From the NCBI GenBank assembly GCA_965249355.1, contig CBDFLW010000004.1, positions 1,645,591 to 1,709,590 on the forward strand: 64,000 nucleotides of DNA, given 5' to 3'. Positions 47,018 to 55,791 of this stretch are shown here, piece after piece (position 1 is the first letter of the stretch; every line of letters begins with the position of its first letter). A model generated the notes under the pieces. It worked only from the letters and a program-made list of their open reading frames with translations. It ran no database searches and had not been told where the DNA came from. Source of the stretch: Dehalococcoidia bacterium (lineage in GTDB: Bacteria; Chloroflexota; Dehalococcoidia; Lucifugimonadales; UBA3495). The position numbers and the translations under genes are program-made.

Positions 47018-47998
47018 CTATCCCGCCGCGATGGCCCGCACCTCGAGAGCCTTGTCGGGCAGCGGGTGGCTGCTCCATGTAGCGCCGTCGTCGGTGGTGC
47101 GGAAAATCTGACCGTCACGGGCGGCGCAGGCGATGTTGGAGGGCGCCCGCGGGTCCACGGATACGGACATCATGGTGGAGTCGGCGCTGATTCCACGGTC
47201 GACACGTTCGAAGGTCTTGAACAGGTCGCGGCTGCGATAGAGAGCTCCGGTGTTGCTGCGGGCCGCCGCACCAATGGACAAGTAGAGCATGTTCGGGTCG
47301 TGGGGAGCTGCCTTCAGGTCACGCGTATAGGTCACCTCTGAAAACTGGCCGAAGTCAACCGGGACCCACTCGGAACCGCGGTCAGGGCCGATGAACGGAC
47401 CCTGGCGGGTGGTGATGAACACCACGTGGGGCAGCGCCGCGGCACACTGGATGCCGTGCAGGTCCAGCGTGTCTTCGCTGGGCCCCAAGGTGCCGGTGAT
47501 CTCCTCCCAGGTGTCGCCGCCGTCGGAGCTGCGAATCACCCCGGCCACCTCCAGCGCCGCGTACATTTCGTCAGGGAAGTTGGGATCAGCGGCCAAGGCG
47601 ATGACCCGGGTCGGAAAGGACATTGATATCTCGTTGGATCCCATAGTCGCTGCATTGAGACGCCTCCACGACTCACCGCTGTTGGTGCTGCGGAAGATCT
47701 CGCCCGGGGCAGTACCGAGATACATCACCGACGGGTCTCCGGGACGGAACATAAAGCTCCACACCGGCGGCGCCACTCGCGGGTAGTCCAAGCGTTCCCA
47801 ACTGTTCCCACGGTCCAGGCTGCGGTAGGGGCCGGCCTGGGTCCCGGCGAAGACCACATCAGGGTTGTCCGGGTGAATCGCGATGCCGCACACCGAGGGC
47901 GATTCAGGCAGCCCGCTGGTCAGTTCCTCCCATTGTTCCGATCCCGGGGACAGCCGGTACAATCCACTGGTTTCCGCTCCGGCGTAGATGTACGTCAT
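47018..47998 (-). CDS. BNR/Asp-box repeat beta-propeller protein (Ycf48/sialidase-like fold)
   Basis: Five Asp-box-like motifs: SLDRGNSW, STNSGESW, SSDGGDTW, GPDRGSEW, TTDDGATW. Confidence 0.75.
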   Translation of the reverse strand: MTYIYAGAETSGLYRLSPGSEQWEELTSGLPESPSVCGIAIHPDNPDVVFAGTQAGPYRSLDRGNSWERLDYPRVAPPVWSFMFRPGDPSVMYLGTAPGEIFRSTNSGESWRRLNAATMGSNEISMSFPTRVIALAADPNFPDEMYAALEVAGVIRSSDGGDTWEEITGTLGPSEDTLDLHGIQCAAALPHVVFITTRQGPFIGPDRGSEWVPVDFGQFSEVTYTRDLKAAPHDPNMLYLSIGAAARSNTGALYRSRDLFKTFERVDRGISADSTMMSVSVDPRAPSNIACAARDGQIFRTTDDGATWSSHPLPDKALEVRAIAAG

Positions 47999-48074
47999 AA
48001 TCGTTCACTCCCTCGAGTAGCTTATCGGGTGTTGCCGCCAACGCTTCCAAGCCTAACTTGGCCTAAATTGAAAA

Positions 48075-48332
48075 TCAGGCAGCGATTTCCTCGAGCTCGA
48101 ACCTGTAGTCCTCTATGACAGGATTGGACAGCAGGTCGCGGCACATCCTGTCCACCGACTCATGGGCTGCCTCCTTGGCCATCCCGCTGATTTTGAGTTC
48201 CAGGAACTTGCCGATGCGAGCGTCCTCGGCTTCGTCGTGTCCCATGCGCCGCAGGGCAGACAGCACCGTTTGTCCCGCCGGGTCGCTGACGGCAGGCTTG
48301 AGAGTCACGTATATCTTCGCCAGGTAGGTCAA
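48075..48332 (-). CDS. purS: phosphoribosylformylglycinamidine synthase subunit PurS
   Basis: 85 aa. KIYVTLKPAVSDPAGQTVLSALRRMG...LLSNPVIEDYRFELEE is the typical PurS sequence. Confidence 0.9.
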   Translation of the reverse strand: MTYLAKIYVTLKPAVSDPAGQTVLSALRRMGHDEAEDARIGKFLELKISGMAKEAAHESVDRMCRDLLSNPVIEDYRFELEEIAA

Positions 48333-48336
48333 ACTA

Positions 48337-48991
48337 TCAGCCGCCGGTCATGCTGTCCTGGGTGCCGCGACAGGATATTGCCCCCTCCGGCCCCAGGCTT
48401 CCAACGTAGTGCTCGAAGAATCGCAATATTCTCCCTTGGTCCACGCCTTCCATAACGTCCAGTACTCCCCACGCAGAGAGGGCCACTCTGCCCTCGTCTA
48501 TTTCGCCGTAGGGTCGCACCACCGTGAAGTGGCCTCGCCAGACGTCAGGCAGGCCGTCGTAAACGTCCTCTCAGAGCATCTAAATCCGAACGGTTTGGCA
48601 GATTGTAACTCACAACGATGTTTGAGTGCTCCAAGTTATGAACGATCAACTCGTCGGGCACATCCTGGATGTAGAAGCCACAAGGCACCGTTGTACTCCA
48701 ATGGTCACCGGATGTTGGGGGAACGGAATTGTAGGCTACGAAATCATCGGTGGTATCGGCGTTCAGGTCAACGTGCCTCACGGATGAAATTATGTCCTGC
48801 TTTTCGCCCACGCCCTGCACATACGACGTTGCTGATCCCAGCATGATTTTTCCAGAGCCGCCGCCGTTTTCCTCTGACGATCCACAGCCCGCGTTGGCGA
48901 TAAGCGCCAGGATTATCGCGATCAGGAAGCCTGCTCTCGTAAAGCAGAGCCGAGTATGCGAAATCAGCTTGACTAGGACGGGCACTTGCAA
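48337..48991 (-). pseudogene. DUF3105-domain membrane-anchored protein, frameshifted paralog of 49004-49693
   Basis: ORF 48545-48991 (..YNSVPPTSGDHWSTTVPCGFY..IVHNLEHSNIVVSYNLPN) and ORF 48337-48522 (VRPYGEIDEGRVALSAWGVLDVMEG..RFFEHYVGSLGPEG) together match the neighbour end to end. Removing one base near 48565-48575 restores DALEDVYDGLPDVWRGHFTVVRPYG. Confidence 0.75.
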
Positions 48992-49003
48992 AGCAAACGC
49001 GTT

Positions 49004-49693
49004 CTAGCTGGCCTGCATGCTGGACTGTGCGCCCCGGCATGAGACCGGGCCCTCGGGCCCCAGCCTGCCGACATAGTGTTCGTAGAAGCGCAGGATGCGA
49101 TCCCTGTCGATGCCGTCCATCACGTCCATCACGCCCCACGCTGAGAGCCCGATTTGTCCCTCCTCGATCTCGTCGTAGGGACGTACGACAGTGAAATGGT
49201 TGCGCCAGCTCTCGTCTAGGTCGTTGTAAAAATTTTCCAGGGCTTCGACGTCCGCATCGTTGGGCAGGTTATAGCTAATGACGATGTTGGAGTGTTCCAG
49301 GTTGTGAACAATGCGCTCGTCGAGAATCGGTTCCGTATAGAACCCGCAACTCTGGGCTGCGCTCCAATGGTCGCCAGAGGTGGGAGGCGACGAGTTGTAG
49401 GTGACGTCGTCATCTGTGCCCAGATTGTTCAGGTCGACGTGGTTCTTGGTGCGCATGATCTCCTGCTTCTGGCCCACGCCCTCGACATAAGCATCCGCAG
49501 TTCCCAGGGCGACGTCCTCTGGCCCCCCCCCGATGCTCTGGAGGATGGTCACCAGCGCAAAGCTGCCGATGACTAGCGCGGCGATGATTATGGAGACAAC
49601 CAGTATGAATTTGTTGCTGCCGCCGCGCTGTGAGGGACGCGGAATCTCAAGGTTCCGGGGCCGACGGTTGCGGCGATGTTTCGATTCGGGCAA
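49004..49693 (-). CDS. DUF3105-domain membrane-anchored protein
   Basis: N-terminal TM FILVVSIIIAALVIGSFALV, then YNSSPPTSGDHW, IVHNLEHSNIVISYN, LSAWGV. Confidence 0.75.
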   Translation of the reverse strand: MPESKHRRNRRPRNLEIPRPSQRGGSNKFILVVSIIIAALVIGSFALVTILQSIGGGPEDVALGTADAYVEGVGQKQEIMRTKNHVDLNNLGTDDDVTYNSSPPTSGDHWSAAQSCGFYTEPILDERIVHNLEHSNIVISYNLPNDADVEALENFYNDLDESWRNHFTVVRPYDEIEEGQIGLSAWGVMDVMDGIDRDRILRFYEHYVGRLGPEGPVSCRGAQSSMQAS

Positions 49694-49734
49694 AGGTCTC
49701 TCCGTGCTTCGGTTGCCAAAAGGTATTGTGGCGG

Positions 49735-50640
49735 CTACAGGCTCTCGCCCGTAAGCCTAACGTATGCTTCCCTGTAGCGTTCGGTGGTGCGGGCGGCGAC
49801 GTCATCCGGCAGTTCGGGAGCGGGAGGCTCGTGATCCCAGCCCTGCTCGTCAAGCCAGTCGCGCACGAACTGCTTGTCGAAGTTGGGCTGCGAGCGTCCC
49901 GGGTTGTAGCCCTCGGCGTCCCAGAAGCGGCTGGAGTCTGGAGTCAGCAGTTCGTCGATCAAGATCAGCTCCCCATCGAGAATACCGAACTCCATTTTGG
50001 TGTCGGCCAGGATTATGCCCCGCTCACGAGCATAGTCGTGGGCGAACCCGAAAACGGCCTTGCTGGTCTCTTCCAGCCCAGCGGACATCTCAGCCCCCAC
50101 CATGTCGATAACCTGCTGCCGGGACATGTTCTCGTCGTGGCCCTCCTCGGCCTTGGTGGTCGGAGTGAATAGCGGCTCGGGAAAGCGTTGGCCTTCCACC
50201 AGGGAAGAAGGCATCTCCATGCCCTGCACCGTCCCCTGTCGGCGGTACTCCGACCATGCCGATCCGGTGATGTAGCCGCGTACGATGCACTCGATGTCAA
50301 TGCGCTCGGCGCGCTTTACCACCATAGCCTGCCGGGCCACCTCGGCGGGTATCGGCGCGGACAGCCCCGCCCCGTTGCCGCCCGACAGGTAGCTGGCCGC
50401 GTCCGGCGAGTCCGCCAGACAGATCAGGTGGTTCGGCACGATGTGGGCCGTCTTGCCGAACCAAAAGGCAGAGATATGGTTCAGCACGATGCCCTTGTCG
50501 GTTATACCACTGGGCAACACGACGTCGAAGGCCGAGATCCTGTCGGTGGCAACCATCAGCAGGCGGCCACCTCCCAGGTCATACGTATCCCTGACCTTGC
50601 CCCGGTGCATCCGCCCCGGCAGCGGAGTCTCGATGATCAT
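49735..50640 (-). CDS. purC: phosphoribosylaminoimidazole-succinocarboxamide synthase (SAICAR synthetase)
   Basis: GKVRDTYDLGGGRLLMVATDRISAFDVV, ADTKMEFG, DSSRFWD. Confidence 0.9.
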   Translation of the reverse strand: MIIETPLPGRMHRGKVRDTYDLGGGRLLMVATDRISAFDVVLPSGITDKGIVLNHISAFWFGKTAHIVPNHLICLADSPDAASYLSGGNGAGLSAPIPAEVARQAMVVKRAERIDIECIVRGYITGSAWSEYRRQGTVQGMEMPSSLVEGQRFPEPLFTPTTKAEEGHDENMSRQQVIDMVGAEMSAGLEETSKAVFGFAHDYARERGIILADTKMEFGILDGELILIDELLTPDSSRFWDAEGYNPGRSQPNFDKQFVRDWLDEQGWDHEPPAPELPDDVAARTTERYREAYVRLTGESL

Positions 50641-50700
50641 TCCATTTCCTCGTAGTGGTCGAAGGATTAAGCGTTGATATTGCTCGGGGCCGGCACGCCA

Positions 50701-52041
50701 TCAGTCGGCAGTGGCCGGCTCTGGCACTAATTCTCCGGGGGCCGCCGCTGGTAGCAGCCCCAGCCGCCGGAATGTGTCGTCCACATACCGGGTGTAGTAC
50801 CCGTAATCGAACAGGGCCTCCAATTCCTGCGGCGCCAGATACGCGGCAACTGTCGGATCGGACCTCAGGAGATCCCGGAAATCGAGGCCCTCCTCCCAGC
50901 AGCGGGCCGCGTTGCCTTGGACGATGCTGTACGCCTCCTCTCGGGACAGGCCCTTGTCCACCAGTTCCAGTAGCGCTCTCTGGCTGAATACCAGGCCCAT
51001 GCTGCTCTCGATGTTGGCGTGCATCCGCTCGGGGAACACCCTCAGCCCCTCGATGATCCGGGTGAAGATGCTGAGAATGTAGTCCAGCGCCAGACACGAA
51101 TCTGGCAGGATGATGCGCTCTGCCGAGGAGTGGCTGATATCGCGCTCGCCCCATAGCGCCACGTTTTCCAGCGCCGTTACAGAGTTGCCCCGGATCAGGC
51201 GCGCCAGGCCGCAGATGCGCTCCGCCAGCTCGGGGTTGCGCTTGTGGGGCATAGATGACGAGCCGGTCTGGCCGTGGCCGAAGGGTTCCTCCAGCTCGTG
51301 GATTTCTGTTCGCTGCAGCGACCGGACTTCGGTGGCGAATTTCTCCAGCGAGGCGGCAATGAGCGCCAGGGTGATGACGAAGTGGGCGTAGCGGTCGCGC
51401 TGAATTACCTGGTTGGATATGCCCGCAACCTTCAGGCCCAAGCGATGGCAGACCCGTTCTTCCACGGCTGGGGGAACCGTGGCGTGGGTGCCGACGGCGC
51501 CCGAGATTTTGCCGACTCGCACCGTCTCGACCGCTGCTTCCAGGCGCTCCCGCTGCCGGTTCATTTCGTCCCACCAGAGGGCCAGCTTCAGGCCCATGGT
51601 CATGGGCTCCGCGTGCACCCCGTGGGTGCGGCCCATCATCAGTGTGTCCTTGTGCAGCAGGGCCTGTTCGGCCAGCGCCGCTATGGCCCGGTCCATCTCA
51701 CCAACCAGGAGGTATCCGGCCTCAACCAGCTGAAGATCGAGCCCGGTATCCAACATGTCGCTGGAAGTTAGCCCTAGGTGCAGCCAGCGCCCTTCGGGTC
51801 CCAGCGTGCCGGTGATAGATGAGATGAACGCGGTCACGTCGTGGCGGGTGGTCTGGAAAATTTCATCCATCCGCTGGGGATCGTACTTGGCGGCGCGCAG
51901 GCGGGCCAGGTCCTCCGGAGGAATCACGCCTTCCTCGCACCAGGCCTCGCAGACGGCCAGCTCAACCGCGAGCCACTTCTCATATTTGTTGTCGTCGGAC
52001 CAGACCCGCTTCATCGCGGGACGGGAATATCGGTCTATCAC
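50701..52041 (-). CDS. purB: adenylosuccinate lyase
   Basis: MIDRYSRPAMKRVWSDDNKY, GLTSSD, GKISGAVGT, SSSMPHKRNP (lyase signature). Confidence 0.9.
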   Translation of the reverse strand: MIDRYSRPAMKRVWSDDNKYEKWLAVELAVCEAWCEEGVIPPEDLARLRAAKYDPQRMDEIFQTTRHDVTAFISSITGTLGPEGRWLHLGLTSSDMLDTGLDLQLVEAGYLLVGEMDRAIAALAEQALLHKDTLMMGRTHGVHAEPMTMGLKLALWWDEMNRQRERLEAAVETVRVGKISGAVGTHATVPPAVEERVCHRLGLKVAGISNQVIQRDRYAHFVITLALIAASLEKFATEVRSLQRTEIHELEEPFGHGQTGSSSMPHKRNPELAERICGLARLIRGNSVTALENVALWGERDISHSSAERIILPDSCLALDYILSIFTRIIEGLRVFPERMHANIESSMGLVFSQRALLELVDKGLSREEAYSIVQGNAARCWEEGLDFRDLLRSDPTVAAYLAPQELEALFDYGYYTRYVDDTFRRLGLLPAAAPGELVPEPATAD

Positions 52042-52072
52042 AGCTTTGGCCCCGTGAGATTTGGTGGCGGCG

Positions 52073-52771
52073 TCAGCGAGGTGCCGAGCCGTTTAGATGG
52101 AGTTCGCGCAGTGCCAGCAGGAGAGTCTTGAAGTCGTGGAAAGGCTGGTATTCGATGCCCTGTTCCTCGCAGAAACGCGCCAGAGTCCTATGGGCAAACA
52201 CCATATCGGCCTTCTGAGACGCTTCCTGGTCAGAGGCGCCATCGCCGGCAAAGAGGACATAATGTCCCAGACTCTGAAACCGTTCCACTATAAGCGCCTT
52301 GGAATTTCCCTGCCGTTCCAGGCCCGGGTACGCGTGATTGTAGTAATAGGAAATCCGCCCCTGCTCGAAGCTGGTATCAACGGCGTAGATGGGAACGTCT
52401 CCAAGACCATCCCGTTCCAGCAGGGCCGAGATGTAGAAGTCGAGGCCTTGGCTGACAACTGCCAGCGGAATGTCGTGATTCCGGCAGAACTGGCAAAGCT
52501 CCGGGAAAAAGGGCCGCAGCGTTGCCCGCTCCCGGACATAGTGTTGCATAGCAGATTTATCGGCCCGGATGTTTCTGAAGGTTATCTCTTGGTATTCCTT
52601 CAGATTCAGCTTGCCGTCTCGAAACTGCTGCCTCACATCGGTCCAGGTTGAATCGCCAAACCGGTTGAGCAGCAGTTCCGCAACGTTCTGCACCGCGGCT
52701 GTGTCGTCGAAGTCTGTGAGAACAGCGGGCCGGAGTTTACCGCTCGCGGAGTTCGCGTCGGTAGTCGTCAT
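52073..52771 (-). CDS. HAD-superfamily hydrolase (HAD-IB, MtnX-like)
   Basis: VLTDFDDTAA (DxDxT), VVSQGL, FAGDGASDQEA. ATG 52771 is preferred and overlaps the purE 3' end by 35 nt. Confidence 0.7.
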   Translation of the reverse strand: MTTTDANSASGKLRPAVLTDFDDTAAVQNVAELLLNRFGDSTWTDVRQQFRDGKLNLKEYQEITFRNIRADKSAMQHYVRERATLRPFFPELCQFCRNHDIPLAVVSQGLDFYISALLERDGLGDVPIYAVDTSFEQGRISYYYNHAYPGLERQGNSKALIVERFQSLGHYVLFAGDGASDQEASQKADMVFAHRTLARFCEEQGIEYQPFHDFKTLLLALRELHLNGSAPR

Positions 52772-53195
52772 ACGCTTGCCTGATCTCGGGATGTTGCAGA
52801 CCCAGGATTTGTGCGGCGAAAAATGCGGCGTTGCGGGCGCCCCACGCACCTATTGCCATCGCTGCTACCGGGATGCCGGGCGGCATCTGCGCGGTGGAAA
52901 GCAGGGCATCGATTCCCTTCAGCTCGCTGGACGCCAAGGGAATGCCGATTACAGGCAGCGTGGACCAGGCTGCGAGGGCGCCTCCCAAAGCAGCCGATCC
53001 TCCAGCAGCGGCAATGAGCACCTGGATGCCCCGGTCGCGCGCCTGCTGTGCGTAGTCTGCAACCCGTTCCGGGGTGCGGTGAGCAGACATAACCCGCACT
53101 TCGTAGTCAATTCCCAACTGTTCCAGCGTCTTGACGGCCTCGTTCACCACCGGCTCGTCCGACGCACTTCCCATTACAACTCCTACCAGTGGCAC
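52737..53195 (-). CDS. purE: 5-(carboxyamino)imidazole ribonucleotide mutase
   Basis: VGVVMGSASDEPV, VMSAHRTPER, IAAAGGSAALGG, PVIGIPL. Confidence 0.9.
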   Translation of the reverse strand: MPLVGVVMGSASDEPVVNEAVKTLEQLGIDYEVRVMSAHRTPERVADYAQQARDRGIQVLIAAAGGSAALGGALAAWSTLPVIGIPLASSELKGIDALLSTAQMPPGIPVAAMAIGAWGARNAAFFAAQILGLQHPEIRQAYDDYRRELRER

Positions 53196-53375
53196 GACAT
53201 TCTCCGGCCCAAGCCATCCCTCATGGCAGTTGGTCCTCCCTTTTCACTTCTGCGTCGGCGGATTCAGAGGCGCGCCGCCTCAGAAAGACAGCCACTGGCC
53301 CCGCACCGCCTTTCATCATAACACCTGAAAACCGTTACGGGGATACCCGATTTCGGAATTGCGGCGCAGCGGACA

Positions 53376-53834
53376 TCAAATCTCCAGCTGCTCCCTGAAG
53401 GCGTTCAGGAGCGCCCGTTGCAGGGCCTCGGGATCCTGGCGAATCTGCACTGCGTTGACCATGAGCGAAATGCCCTCGTCCAGCATCACCAACTCCACCA
53501 CCACCTCCAGTTCCTCCCCCTCGTCCCAGGTCAGAGCCGTGGTGATTACATCGGCCATGTCGTCTTCGCCTTCGAAGAGGCTTTCCTCGTCGTCGGTTTC
53601 CCACTCGACCGTGGTCTCGACCCGTCCTTGGCCGTTCAGCAGTACGTCATTCATCTCGGCAACGAGTGCGGCTATTTGCATGGACTCTTGCCGGGACAAC
53701 AACTCCTCCCTCTCACCTGCGACCTGACGATCGAAGGCCTGGAGCCGCTCAAGACGCGTGGCGCGAGCCGCGGTCATTTCTCCCCTCAATTGCAACAGCG
53801 ATTCACGCCAGGGCATTTTTTCGCTCCGTGCCAT
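53376..53834 (-). CDS. hypothetical protein with strongly acidic C-terminal half
   Basis: Coding-like ORF with a coiled-coil-like N-part (LLQLRGEMTAARATRLERLQAFDRQVAGEREELL) and an acidic part WETDDEESLFEGEDDMADV..DEGEELEVVVELVMLDEG. Start is ATG 53834 or 53816; both overlap the upstream gene end. Confidence 0.55.
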   Translation of the reverse strand: MARSEKMPWRESLLQLRGEMTAARATRLERLQAFDRQVAGEREELLSRQESMQIAALVAEMNDVLLNGQGRVETTVEWETDDEESLFEGEDDMADVITTALTWDEGEELEVVVELVMLDEGISLMVNAVQIRQDPEALQRALLNAFREQLEI

Positions 53835-54456
53835 CACGATGTGTAGACTCCGGTCGCTCTCTGAGAGACCGGGATGCCAGGTGGGCTGCAACGTCGACTT
53901 CGATAAAGTGCCTGAGGCCGGTGTGTGCCCGAAGCCGGGCCAAGGACTCCATGATGTCCAGGTAGCGGATGCCGACGGGCCCCCGGTTCATTGATTCGGG
54001 AAATGCGCCGACACGCTTGAGCAGCCGTTCCGCACTGGTGTTCCAGACCCCGAGCAGGTATGGGTTTCGCAGGCACAACACCCAGGAAACGAACTCTTTG
54101 CCAGCCCCCGAGAGCTTGTAGGCGCCCTCGGGACTGGCGCATTCGTCAAAGCGTCCTTCCAGCTTGATAGTATCATACAGAAGGAAATCGAGGCTGTCTC
54201 TCAACTCGTCAATGGGGGTTGTCGAGAAAGCAGCGGATTCCCTGCCACCAGAGGCACGGTACAGGCGGAGGGCCTGGTCCGCTTCAAGCGACTGCAGCGC
54301 ATCTTGGTCCAGCCAGCCCGCGAACTCCTCGGCCCTCCCCCATCGTCGCCTGCGATGGGCTGCATCAGCCCCAGACTCCACCGCCTCGTCATACAGCTTG
54401 CGAAGCTCAGCCAGGCCCAGGCGTGCCGGCCGCGCAGACCGGGACCGCTGGCTCAT
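53803..54456 (-). CDS. hypothetical protein, weakly helix-hairpin-helix-like
   Basis: The ATG overlaps the purD stop (ATGA at 54453-54456). The segment YKLSGAGKEFVSWVLCLRNPYLLGVWNTSAERLLKRVG recalls the HhH pattern L.G.G...A..L......P...D....R.L.R.G. No family assigned. Confidence 0.55.
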   Translation of the reverse strand: MSQRSRSARPARLGLAELRKLYDEAVESGADAAHRRRRWGRAEEFAGWLDQDALQSLEADQALRLYRASGGRESAAFSTTPIDELRDSLDFLLYDTIKLEGRFDECASPEGAYKLSGAGKEFVSWVLCLRNPYLLGVWNTSAERLLKRVGAFPESMNRGPVGIRYLDIMESLARLRAHTGLRHFIEVDVAAHLASRSLRERPESTHRDGTERKNALA

Positions 54457-55727
54457 CGATTCGCCCCTGCACCGGCCGCGGCGATGTCGGTGCGCCAGTG
54501 AGCTCCCTCGAAGGAGATCTTGTCCAGGCGGGCATAGGCGCGATCCCTGGCATCCGCGATGCTATAGCCGCCACCGACAACCGTCAGCACCCGGCCGCCG
54601 GCGGTTACCGGCCGACCATCCGGGCCCCCGGAAACACCGGCGCAGAACACCATGGCGGCGGCGTCATCGGGAGTTTCCAACCCTGTAATCGCCAGGCCGG
54701 TCTCGTACTCTGCGGGATAGCCACCCGACGCCATCACTACGCCCACATAGTGCCGGTCATTCCAAGCCACGGAAGATGGATCCAGGCGTCCCTCAGCGCA
54801 AGCCAGCATCGCTTGGAGTGGGTCACTGGCCAAGCGAGGCATCAGCACCTGGGTCTCGGGGTCTCCGAAGCGGCAGTTGAATTCCAGGATCCTCGGGCCG
54901 TCGGCGGTCAACATAAGTCCCGCGTATAGCACACCGCGGTAGGGACTCCCTCGCTCGGCCATCGCCGCTACGACCGGCCGCAGTATGGTCCGCTCGATTT
55001 CGGCGCAAAGCTCAGCCGTCCAGAACTCCGGCGGAGAATAACTGCCCATGCCTCCGGTGTTGGGCCCGCAGTCGCCGTCATCCAGCCGCTTGTAGTCGCA
55101 TGCTGCCACCAGTGGCGATAGGCGCTCGCCGTCGCATAGGGCGAATACACTGACCTCGCGGCCCTCCAGGCGCTCCTCCAGCAGCACGGTCTGCCCGGCG
55201 TCTTCGAAGGCACGCCCGGACATGCAGGCGCGGACTGCGGTGGCCGCCTGTTCCTCGTCGTCACAGACCACAACGCCCTTGCCGGCGGCCAGTCCGTCGG
55301 CCTTTACCACGCGAGGACCGGGAGTGCGTCGCAGATAATCGAGAGCTGCCGTTTCGTCGGCGAACACAGCATATTCAGGGCCGGGCGCCCCGGCCTTACT
55401 GATGATGTCGCGGGCGAAGCTCTTGCTGGATTCCAGCCGGGCGGCGGAGCGGGAGGGGCCGAATGCCGGTATACCTTTTTCGGCCAGGGCGTCGGCCAGT
55501 CCAGCGGCAAGGGGGGCCTCCGGGCCCACTACGACCAAGTCGGCCGCCATCCTGCTTGCGGCGTCAACGAGCTCCTCGACTGCGATCTTGACTGCTAGGT
55601 TGGTGGCGATGGATGCAGTGCCGTAGTTGCCGGGAGCAACCCGCAGGCGCGTCAAGGATGGACTCTGCGCGATTCGCCAAGCCAGGGCGTGCTCACGGGA
55701 ACCATTGCCGACCAGGAGGACGTTCAC
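54453..55727 (-). CDS. purD: phosphoribosylamine-glycine ligase
   Basis: VNVLLVGNGSREHALAWRI from GTG 55727; VVKADGLAAGKGV, NTGGMGSYSP, EFNCRFGDPE. Confidence 0.9.
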   Translation of the reverse strand: MNVLLVGNGSREHALAWRIAQSPSLTRLRVAPGNYGTASIATNLAVKIAVEELVDAASRMAADLVVVGPEAPLAAGLADALAEKGIPAFGPSRSAARLESSKSFARDIISKAGAPGPEYAVFADETAALDYLRRTPGPRVVKADGLAAGKGVVVCDDEEQAATAVRACMSGRAFEDAGQTVLLEERLEGREVSVFALCDGERLSPLVAACDYKRLDDGDCGPNTGGMGSYSPPEFWTAELCAEIERTILRPVVAAMAERGSPYRGVLYAGLMLTADGPRILEFNCRFGDPETQVLMPRLASDPLQAMLACAEGRLDPSSVAWNDRHYVGVVMASGGYPAEYETGLAITGLETPDDAAAMVFCAGVSGGPDGRPVTAGGRVLTVVGGGYSIADARDRAYARLDKISFEGAHWRTDIAAAGAGANR

Positions 55728-55791
55728 CGCGCCACGCCCACCAGGCTGGGAGCCGATGCCTCCCCATGGAGCGGGGACACCGCTGCCGCGA

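Noticed and set aside
53196-53375. Possible riboswitch in the purE leader, and likewise in the guaA leader at 57379-57600
   Set aside because: I found none of the conserved cores of the purine riboswitch or the ZTP (pfl) motif as I remember them. Only generic GC hairpins are present. A covariance-model scan would be needed to be certain.
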